From: Tubulanus polymorphus
Taxonomy: Eukaryota; Animalia; Nemertea
Direction of reading: 5' to 3'
Assembly (NCBI RefSeq): GCF_964204645.1
Contig: NC_134027.1
Span: 18,128,560 to 18,192,559, forward strand
DNA: 64,000 bases
Each line of letters starts with the position of its first letter. The first letter of the stretch is position 1. Under the pieces are notes generated by a model. That model had not been told where the DNA came from. It saw only the letters and a list, made by a program, of their open reading frames with translations, and searched no databases. Of the stretch, positions 23,819-34,564 are shown in pieces. The position numbers were made by a program, and so were the translations under genes.

Positions 23819-26800
23819 CTATGCACGTCGTTTCCGTCTTTTCTTGGCTTTCTGATGATATGCCGTCAAGATCGACCTATCCAAGAAATTCTCCTCCGGT
23901 TCCCAAGTCTTATCCGCATAACCCTCCCAGGCGACATAATAATACAACCTGCCTCCCCGTCTTCTATGTTTGAGTATTCGAGACACAGTGTATATCGACT
24001 CGTCTTTCCCGTCAATATTTTCGCGACCCTTCGATAACGTCATGTCCCTCTGCGTCAAAGTAGGAGGTTCAATTGCGGGCGTCATGCCGATTTTGACATG
24101 GCGACTCTTATGGGGCAAAACGATTTCATCCATGGCGAGGTTCCCTGGTAAGTCATCTAATTTTTCAATAGTCTGCGGTAAGTCGTAAGTAGGCGGTTTT
24201 TTAGATTCATAAACCGGACGCAACCTATTTACATGAACTAATGTTTTAACCTTTCGATTATCATCCGTTCTCAATCTGTAATTAACTTCTCCTATTTTTT
24301 CAATAATTTCATATGGGCCCAGCCAAAATGAATGTAATTTCTTTGATGCCCCAGTAGGCAAGTGTGGGTAATAAAGAAAAACCTTACTCCCCACTTCAAA
24401 CTGAATATCTTTAGCATTTTTATCGTACTGCTGCTTCATTTTTATTTTGCTCAGTTCCCGATTCTTACGAACTATGTCATGTACTATATCCATCTTCTTA
24501 ATTAAGTGTTGAAAATAGGCCACATGAGACCCATATTCATTTTTTGGAGCTGATATGGCTAGTTCCATGGGCAATTTAGGCATCCGCCCAAAAACAATTT
24601 CAAAAGGCGTGAATGACGTCGAATTGATATTATTTGAGGAATTCATTGCGAATACCGCAGATTGCAGATATAAGTCCCACTTTCCCGGGCTTTGTCCATC
24701 TAATAACTTAGCTATTGATTTGTTTAATTGTCTATGTTGTACTTCTAAAGCACCATTCGCCTGTGGATGATATGAGGACGTAGTTTTTGTTCTACCCCCC
24801 AAGAGGATGGTCGTTCGTTGAAAGACTTTTGAGATAAAGTTTGACCCATTGTCGGTAAGTATAGTAGAAAACATCCCATATCTCAAAATGATACCATCCA
24901 CCAACCTTTCGGCGACCTCTTCTGCCGATGCCGTCTTAAGCGGAAATGCCTCCATAAATGATGAAAAAGTTTCAATACATGTCAACACATATTTATGCCC
25001 CTTGTCAGACACCGGAAAGGGACCCACCATATCCATAGCAAATTTATGGAAAATTGGCTCCACCCGTACCGTTTGCATTGGAACCTTAGTAGCCTCTTTT
25101 GCAGACAACCCTTTCCGTTGACAGACATTACATCGTAAGCAGAAATCCTTTACATCGTTAAACATACCATTCCAATAATACCTATTTTTCAGACGCATAT
25201 ACGTTGACTTGATGCCACTGTGTCCTCCAAAAACCTCATGTGTTTCTTGCAGGATTTGTAAGCGAAGTTGTTTTGGTATCACATAGCAAGGAGAGAAGTG
25301 AGCAGATTGGCGGCGATTTAAATGTTGCAAGTATTGAAGACTACCCTTGTTGTCCAGAATAAACCTTTCGTGCGACAAGATTATTCGTCGTGCCAAACGA
25401 TCATTTTTTGGTAATGATCCGTCTAATAGGTAATCAATGATAGGTCGTAACTCATTATCTTTACGTTGTTCCATAGGCAAATTCACCAAGATATCGTCGT
25501 TACCTGTGTCAACAGCCACTATTTCCGGATACCTTAATCTAGACAAGAAATCCGCATCTGCATGTTGTACTCCTGCCCGATACTCAACGTCATATTGGTA
25601 TCCTTGTAGGAAGATGCACCACCGTTGTAGCCGACCTGAGGCGAGACCATCGACCTCCATCTTTTTTAACCACAACAGTGCTTTATGATCTGTGACCACC
25701 GTAAAAGGATTTCAATACAGATATACTTTATAATACTTAATGGCTGAAATGAGCGCCAGACACTCCCGCTCACTAGCGGAATATGCTTGTTCTTGTTTTG
25801 TTAGCGCTCGTCCACCGTATGCAATTACGTGTTCTTGACCGTCGTCTCCTTCCTGTACAAGACAATATCCCATCGCAAAATTTGATGCGTCGCAGTGAAC
25901 CTTGAACTTGCGTCTCAGAGAAGGATATGCTAACACGGGTGCTGTTATAAGTGCCTGTTTCAAGTCATCAAACGCTTTCTGACAATCGTCAGACCATAGA
26001 AATGGTATACCCTTTCTCGTCAATAGTGTCAATGGTCGTGCCCGCCCCGAAAAGTTCTTAATGAATTTTCTATAGAAATTAGCAGCCCCTAGGAAAGACC
26101 GAACTTGAGTTTGATTTGTAGGCACAGGGCAGTTTCGAATCACATTTACTTTCTCGGGATTAGTTCTAATGCCATCCCCGTCTAAATATAAACCCAAAAA
26201 CTTACAGTTTGGTCGAGCAATAAAACATTTGCTGGGTTTAAGTGTCAACCCCGCCACCCGTAACCTTTCAAAAAGTTGGCGTAAATGTTGTAAGTGATCC
26301 TCCCAACACGTAGAAAATACTAAAAGATCATCTAAATAAACCAAAACAGAGTCCCCTAATGAATGTAAGAGGCGAGCCATAATGGATTGAAAAATACTAG
26401 GGGCCGATGCTATGCCCATGGGTAATCTAGTAAATTGGTAATGACCAGTAGGCGTTACGAACGCCGTTTTGTGACGAGACTCTTGTGAAATCGGGATCTG
26501 AAAATAACCACTTCTTAAATCTAGAGAAGAAAATATTTTTGGCCTAGCGGTGCCACACATAGTTAAGGTGTCGAAGATATGAGGTATTGGATGTAATGTT
26601 TGCAATTTTAATACCTTATTTAATCGCCTAAAATCAATACACAATCGATATGACCCATCTGGTTTTGGTACCAAGTGCGGGAGAACTATAATTTGAATTT
26701 GAATCTTCAATAACGCCTTGCTTTTTAAGTTCATCAATCTGCTTATCTATAATATCCCTCAACGCTAATGGAGCCCGATATGGTCGTGACCGAATAGGCA

Positions 26801-27884
26801 CCTCATTTTCAGTCTCAATATTGCATTCAACCCCCTTTGCGGTTCCCAACTCCAATATCCCTTCTGCAAACCTATCTCTGTATTCCTCCAATAATGATTT
26901 TAAATCAGCTTTTTGCTGTACCGATATGTCTCCCGTTTCCACACTATCTAATATATCGTTTTGATTTTCAGGTTGAGGCGTGGAAATACCTTCACTATCA
27001 ATTGTCATATATGACCCGTCTGCGATAGGAGCATCTAAATCGATGAGAGTAACATCTCCTAAAATGGCACCCTTTTTTAACCGTTTTGAATAATTTGATG
27101 GATTACAAACTTGCACAGGTAATACCCCACATTTAATATTAGATATACTAGCCGCACCCATAATACCATATTTATCCCATAATCTAGCGGACTGTTGAAC
27201 AAAACCTACACCGTCCTTTCTTCCCGTCCCCTTCATTTTTGCTTTTATCTGCACCTGTGTACCAGGCGGAATTGTGACCGTATCGTTAGCTACTATACAA
27301 ATTTGTAATTGTACCTTTGCCCCCTCGTGAAGAGGTATTGAGTGACCGGATGACAGATGTAGGAGCTTTCTCGGAGTGTCAATCACCACACCCTGACTGT
27401 TAATGAAATCCATGCCTAGAATACATGGGTGAGCCAATTTCCTTAATATCAGAAATTCTTGCTTAACAACCCTTGATTCCATTTTAAGATTTAATTTAAC
27501 AATACCGAATATTTCTAATGTACCCCCATCAGCTACCGTAGCATATTTATAACCGTCATATTCTAACGGCGTTACTAATACCGTGGATCTTAATTTTAAA
27601 AAGTATTCATATGATATGACACTTCGAGTTGCTCCTGTATCAATCAAAACATCCATCCGTTCATCAAAAATAACACAATTTAAGGACAGTGGGCGCTCAG
27701 AGCATAATACTTTTGGTTTTTCTTTCAAAATTTTCTTCTTTGTCAAGTTTTGTTTGTGAGATTTCAATTTTGTCTGTGAGCGCCCACTATCCCCCGTTAT
27801 CCCCGATCCTACCTCATACAATACATGGGCATTCTCTGTTTGTATAGCTCTGGACAGCTGCCCTAAGCCATCCTTGCTACAGCC
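23819..27884 (-). pseudogene. pol: pol (PR, dUTPase-like spacer, RT, RNase H, IN, chromodomain) with two lesions
   Basis: IDTGA protease, YLDD RT, CDAS/TDH RNase H, HHCC + DDE integrase, GPY motif, chromodomain. Frameshift near 26676 (YSSPA-x-LVPK) and an in-frame TGA at 25712-25714 where YLYGNPFTVVTDH is expected. Confidence 0.93.
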
Positions 27885-28895
27885 CTAATTAGTCCGCTGT
27901 TGTCGATTCGTATTCCGACGGCAATATCTGCTAATATGTCCAGGTAAACCACATTGATAACAAATGATGTTTCTATTTTCCGTTGCAAAGGTAGATTTTG
28001 CTGGCCCCCTGCAATTTCTAGCCATATGTCCAATTATGTTACACCTGTAACATCGACCTCTAAACGTAGGGTAACGAAGTCTATTGTTCGTAGCTCCATT
28101 TCGCGCGTACGTAATCGCTTCAAACGGTCGTTGAATTCCCGCAAGAGCCCGACTTTCCTGTGCCATCGTCTCCTCCTTTCGTTGTTTAATTTCTAGCTGA
28201 TTTATTCTTGTTTTCAGTTCGTCCCACTCCGCGTTGGCTGTCTCGACTTGATGAACACCAGGGCCATCTATTTTCAACATCTGGACTACGTTACTAGCCA
28301 TTTTGATGGCTTTGTCCAGATCCTCTGGCATTTGCGTCCAAACGATTTTGCGAATGTCCGCGGAGAGACCGTCAATAAACGTACTCAACGTCACATGCGC
28401 GGGTAATTCCAATTCATTCGCTCTCCGTTTAACATCGTCTGCGAAATTGTCTACTGTTTGGCCTGAAACCATGCGCATGTGTTTCAGCTGGTGAGTTTTT
28501 AGCATTTTTCGATCCGGGTTATTATATCGCTGATTAAACGCTTGTAATAAATCATTCCACACGCGTTTCTTATCTTTATCGACACCTAAATACCAAGAGC
28601 GAGCTTCTCCCCTCAAAAACAAGGGAAAGCCCCTCAGTATCTGACGGTCACTCCATGCCATGAGTTTTACGTATTGTAAAAATGCGTCTAACCATGGTTC
28701 CGGATCATTTGTTCCGTCAAAATGTTCTGGTTTCAGCCCGCTTACGCCTTTCGGGACAATGATTATTTCATCGTCGCTATCATTGTCGTCGTCTTGTCCT
28801 ACAGCCGGATTGGCTGGTCCCACGGCCGGTTGCTGTCCCGCGTTTGCCATCCCCAACAGTTGTGCTTTTCGTTTAACGGGTTGGTTATAAAACAT
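27885..28895 (-). CDS. gag: gag
   Basis: PEHFDG..W capsid-like start, LRGEARSWY, two CCHC knuckles (CYRCNIIGHMARNC, CYQCGLPGHISRYC). Confidence 0.93.
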   Translation of the reverse strand: MFYNQPVKRKAQLLGMANAGQQPAVGPANPAVGQDDDNDSDDEIIIVPKGVSGLKPEHFDGTNDPEPWLDAFLQYVKLMAWSDRQILRGFPLFLRGEARSWYLGVDKDKKRVWNDLLQAFNQRYNNPDRKMLKTHQLKHMRMVSGQTVDNFADDVKRRANELELPAHVTLSTFIDGLSADIRKIVWTQMPEDLDKAIKMASNVVQMLKIDGPGVHQVETANAEWDELKTRINQLEIKQRKEETMAQESRALAGIQRPFEAITYARNGATNNRLRYPTFRGRCYRCNIIGHMARNCRGPAKSTFATENRNIICYQCGLPGHISRYCRRNTNRQQRTN

Positions 28896-28974
28896 AAACC
28901 AGAGTTTTTATAAATCGATTCAAAGTTTTGTATAATGTCACTCACCACTAGCTTGGCTGCGAGACCGGAATTCT

Positions 28975-28991
28975 GCCGCTATTCTCCACCA
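28975..28991 (-). promoter_or_regulatory. Primer binding site (tRNA-Ala-like)
   Basis: TGGTGGAGAAT… begins 1 nt after the 5' LTR and is complementary to the ..ATTCTCCACCA end typical of tRNA-Ala. Confidence 0.7.
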
Positions 28992-28992
28992 G

Positions 28993-29592
28993 TGTGGTGG
29001 GGGTCCTCTTTCCCAGTGTCCGGGTGACGTGTGTTGACCACCTGCGTTGTTTGCGTTTCACCAGCGTAGTTCCTTGGGGTTCTTCTCATAAATTAACTAC
29101 AACTAGCTTCTTCTATCGATCCAGATCTTTATTCTTATACTCTCTTCTTACAATCTTCCTAGCACGTCCCCTCTAGTTCTAACCACTAGCTCAACCGACC
29201 CAGCTCTACCGACCAAGCTTTCGACCCCACTGCATTAAAACCCTCCCTTTTTATACTTATTCTTCCTTCGCTCGTGACGTATATTTCCACACCGCTTGGC
29301 CTCATCGCCAGAGACGTCTTATTCTATTACTACAGTCCTACTGGCCATGTAAATCATTTCTACGTGTGTTATACGTCACGAGCGCTAAATTTATAACTCA
29401 ACTTTCCAGAGCTCAAGGCTGCTGCTATAACAAGCTTTCCCACGTAGACACCCACGTCACTCTCACCTATCTTCTATGCTTCTCTCTTATGTGTGACGTA
29501 AGTATTCACGTAGGTCGCCTGCTAACCGCAACTACTGCCTTGAACTCCGGCTTATTTCCCACTGTCTAAATAGGTAATTTATTACTCCAATA
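28993..29592 (-). repeat. 5' LTR
   Basis: 600 bp. On the minus strand: TATAAAA at 29255-29249 and AATAAA at 29133-29128. Termini TA...CA. Confidence 0.96.
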
Positions 29593-30372
29593 AAGCCATC
29601 GTGTGTCAAGTACAGATAGGCCACCCACAGGCCATGTACTTGAGGGCGATTCATCAAAGGACTTTTGCTGATTGACAGATGATAATAGCATCTGTAGGCT
29701 ACTGAATATTTAGTGAAGCTTGAAACTAGGCCTATAAGATTGATGAATTAACTTCAGCGTTTTCTGGAGTTTCTCATATTTCCTACTGACCACATTAACC
29801 TCATTAGATTACAGATGTCTATACGTTTTTTACTTCAAGTGTATGTTCCAACAGCTGATACAGCTGATACGGATTACACATAAGGATTTACATAGGGCAA
29901 ATTGGACAACGGGACCATGCATTTGTCTACGGAATATTAAGTGAAAATGCGGATTATGGAGTACGAATTAGACACAGAATTTTAAAAGGGAATAACGTTA
30001 CTGAAAAATGGGACCAATTTATTTACCTATGCCTACCAACTGAAGTTTGGTACGTAGGCATGGAAACATATTGTTAAACTTTCAAATCATGGAGTCACTT
30101 CTCTTCAATTTAACCCCTTTCAGTGAAGACTTTTTGGATATCCTTCAATACAGTTTCTTAATGGATTTAAAAATGATGATTTAGGTCGACTGCCTGTCCT
30201 TTCTGGTCCTACTAAGACCTTTATCAGGTATGCACTACCAAAAATGAGCGAGCTAGGCCACCCGGAATGTTCTCGACTCAAGTCAGGTCGAAATAGACAT
30301 TAGGGCTTACGTTTAGTCTGAATACCAGTCGTTGTTACGGTTCCGTTTCAGGAACAACGGCTAGGTACTAGA

Positions 30373-30920
30373 CTAATGTCTATTTATTAATTGATGAGAC
30401 CTGTTTTTCTAGGATATTTTGCTTACTTTTTGGGGTACATACCTCATTTACGTCTTAACAGAATGCCAAAAATCGCGGACAACATCTGAATATCCGATAT
30501 ATTCCCAGTTCTGTACCAATTAGATGCATTGGCAAAAAGACTCCTTAAGTCCAGTTGAATGAGAGAGAAAATCCTCCATTTTGTCAAATTTCTTGAATTT
30601 TTACATTGTTACCATGCCTACGCCACCCTGCTTTAGTTGTTGAGACCCCACAAGAAAAATAACTTCATTTCGTAGGCATGGTGACAATGTAAAAATTCAA
30701 GAAATTTGACAAAATGGAGGATTTTCTCTCTCATTCAACTGGACTTAAGGAGTCTTTTTGCCAATGCATCTAATTGGTACAGAACTGGAAATATATCGGA
30801 TATTCAGTTGTTGTCCGCGATTTTTGGCATTCTGTTAAGACGTAAATGAGGTATGTACCCCAAAAAGTAAGCAAAATATCCTAGAAAAACAGGTCTCATC
30901 AATTAATAAATAGACATTAG
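30373..30920. mobile_element. Foldback MITE with ~250-bp near-perfect inverted arms
   Basis: 30373-30623 is the reverse complement of 30671-30920 with only a few mismatches. Termini CTAATGTCTA..TAGACATTAG. Confidence 0.88.
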
Positions 30921-33900
30921 GCTTACGTTATGAATAAATTGTATGTAGAAGCGGCAGTACCTAATGTACTGGATATATCATCGGCTCTGCAATCTCGAAT
31001 GTCCGGTAGGCCTATTTAGATGTCCGGTATCCGTGTTCATGCGAAAGTTAACTTTGAGTCCAAATCCGCTAGTTAGCTTCTAACTTCGAGTCAAATGTCT
31101 TGGAGCTGTCAAGCCTTAACACTAACAGCTAATTTGAGTCAAAAGTTTTCGGAAAACTTACATGATCCTATGTATGTACCGTGCGAAATAAACAGCCTCG
31201 ACTAGAATTCAGTACCCAGCGTAGGCCCACATTGGCTGACTGTTTTAGTAGTACCGTATCAGTGTAGTACATTGCTCGACGTAAACGCCGTTTTTAGTTT
31301 GGGATTTCCCCGACCCGAGCGAGGCATTCACCACATATCGCATCTCGAGTGACGAGTATCTTTAGTAGTGCAATTGCTGGTACGGTGGTATGTCAGACAC
31401 TTTTAGTATGCGCTGTTCTTAATCTTGTTGAATGCTTAATTAGGCTATACTTTAGCAGGCCCTTGGGTGAGTAGTCAGTAACCTGTCTGGTTTCGTTTCA
31501 CGATCGGATATTTTCACAAACCACACACAAAAGCCCATCCGATTATAAAAAGCTTAGGCCTACCACCAACGATTAGGTAGGCCTAACTAACTAGCCCTCG
31601 GGTTGGCGGGAGGGAGGGGGGTTGAATCCTCTAGGGGCGGATCCAGGGGTTCAGGTTAAGTTAGACAGTATTGGAAGGAAATTGTAGCCGGGTTCATCCC
31701 TACAATCCCCGGGTTCTATGTTCCCCGGGTCCTATAGGCGTATTCCCCAAGCAGGGGCGTTGGTAGTCAGTAACCTGTCTGTGGTTTAGTTTCACGATCG
31801 GATATTTTCACAAACCACATAACCGTTCACTACACAAGGCCTCCACGTGTGCGCGGGAGCGCTAACATTAGATTGTTGCACACACACACACACGCATCCT
31901 CGCTTGCCAGGGGTCCGGTATCACTCCCGAACTCGCTTCCACCAGCCCCCTGGCCTCACGAAGCGTGATTTCATTACTGGCGCTGTTGCGCATGACGTAA
32001 TATATCTATTTTCGAAATACTTCCTTGTTCGGTAAAACGTTCGCTGATTGGTCAGCTTAACGGGAAAACCAACAGAAGTCTACTGACGGTTTGTTACAAG
32101 CGCTGTGATTGGTACGACCGGATTCTGGTCGGCTAGTAACGACTCCAACGACTCGTGAGGTCAAGGGGTTCGGGGAACAGCTTTAGCGTAGTGGGTTCGA
32201 ATCCCTTGACGGGTAAAGATGAAACACACGCTCATACACTAGGGCCTACTAGTCCTATATGGTGATGCTCTAACCCTGCTTGGCGCGTGCACATTTGGTA
32301 TGATAACAGGCTGAATAATCGTCATAGCAGAAGATGAGCGCTGTGTTTTCTGTTTGATAGAATTTGTAATAGGCCTAAATTGTAATTTCTTGTGACCTGA
32401 AAATACTAAGTAGCAAACTATAGGTTTAAGTCGAGGTCTGAATATTGTAGGGCCTAGTGGTAAATTCCAGGATTTAAAACGATCTAATACTACGCCTCGG
32501 TGTTTTAGCTTCCGCGGCCATAGCCTACATTGGAAGAGGTTTCGTTTCCAAGACTCGATATTCAGCCACCCTCTGATATGTGACATCATATGAATTTTAC
32601 TTGAATATTTTTTCATATTGTGAAAAATATTTTTTTGAAAATATAAAATAGTTTCCAATGCTGCGCTCACCTATACCCTACGAAATTTTGGACATAGACC
32701 ATAAACAAATGTTTATCTTTGGTCTTATTTGACTACAAAATAATTCTCTAAGAAAGATAAAATAGGCCTACAATAGGCCTATAAACTTCTAGAACTTTGA
32801 AGTCCTGAATTAAAAAGATTTTTCAAGCAATGCCCTTACTCCAAACAACCTCTAGCTTTCAAGGTAAACCACACTTTGCCCATGGGCAATTTATTTGCAA
32901 AAGCGAGAACTGAACGAGATCAGTTCGAGATGACGATATCGATCGATCACGGTAATTTATGCAAAAAGTTCAATTTTGGCCTGAACTCTGAGTCCTGTAT
33001 TTTCCTAATGGTTTGGCATTTTTCATCGCAATTTGTGGTGGGTATTCTATGAAAAAGGACCTTTAATACATGTGACAGGTATTTTCGATTAGGCCTAGCC
33101 AATTATCACACAATTGTCGGCCATCTTAGTGTCATCAGTAGGTGGAAAAAGGATTTTTGAGGTAAATAACAGCAGGTTTGAACTTATAGCCTTCATATTC
33201 AATCATTATTACCACAGTCATAGGATAAATCTCCTCATATGGAATTTGGGATCACCCAATTCTTTGTTCTTGCCACCAGGGGGAGTTAGATATTGAATAA
33301 TATGCAATTTGTCCTCTTATAATGGTACCTATGGATATGTTATAACTAAAATCAATTGCAAACTTGTAGTTCATGGCATTTTCTATAATTTTGGTGAGTT
33401 TCAATGTTATTGGTATTTTTGTATATGTTCACCAGGGGGCGTAGAATTGTACAATGAGTTTTTAGCCCAGTTGGGACTTAAGTCCCAGCGGGCTATTGTT
33501 CATTTTTCATCCATCGTCCGTCCGTCCGTCCAATTATTTTGGGAAGTTTTGAAGACGCTTAAAGGTAATGTCATGATATTTGGTTTATAAATGTATCTGC
33601 CCTAGACACATCTAGGCAATCATTTACTGAATGACTTTTTTTTTTCTTTGAATACAATGTTTGTGAAGAAATTAAGTAAATTTGCCACGGCAATATTTAG
33701 AACCTGTCCAAAATCGGCATTTGGTCGCAGCAATCAAAATTTGCTTCCAACGCGCCTGGGCAGTGTGTATCCACATATCCCAGATATGTGTCGCGCTCCT
33801 TCAAAATAGTTGTATGTTATAAATTGATAAACATTAACGAACATTAGCGAAACATTAACTTTCCTGGAGACTGTGATAATTGGAGGTCCCTTGTACATCA

Positions 33901-34564
33901 CATCATGATGCAGCGGCGTTGGTGATGTCATAGAAGAATAAACTGATAAGAATTATTTGGTGAAATCTTTGTGCGCTTCCGAGTGCGACATTTAAACCAG
34001 CAAGGCAGAAACCCGTTGTCGCTGCTTTGCAGCTATATATTGTATGAGTTTGTTAATTGCGCCACAACGATGAGGGCTCATGTCGTAAACAGCCATGTAC
34101 AGTCGCATAGGCAATATCGCCTTATACTCTCGTGTTCACTGCGTGTAGGCCTATGTATCAGTTAAAGTTTATGCGCGCTACAGTGTATATCACACGTAAT
34201 GACGATTTGTCTGAGTGAAGATGTAAGCTACTTAAAGTAATCCTATCGTGAAATTATTAAAAACCATGTCAGTCGGTAAATTTTGTTTTGTCAGTAACTG
34301 GCACTCGCCTCAAATTTGAAGAACTTGGGAGCTTCTGTCCTGATTGGTCCGTATTATAATGAAAATTCGCCGATGAAACCCAAGCTCTCACCAAGTTTGT
34401 ACTGTATCTTATCGGTCACTCATAGTTTTAGTTGTTTTACGTCTTTTAAGGGATGTATTAAAATTATGAACATTTGTTCAGACAAAAGGCCCATAATCAA
34501 TTTTTCTAGGATTTCATTCTCGTTAAAAGTCAGTTAAAAGTTCACACTGACCAAAATTGAGTCC

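Larger units (their letters stand above)
17055..29592 (-). mobile_element. Env-encoding Ty3/gypsy endogenous retrovirus-like element, recent full-length insertion
   Basis: Two 600-bp LTRs, TSD AAGC (17051-17054 and 29593-29596), PBS, PPT, and gag-pol-env order on the minus strand. Confidence 0.96.

Noticed and set aside
32125-32215. tRNA or SINE from the B-box GGTTCGAATCC
   Set aside because: No clear A box or acceptor stem; insufficient support.
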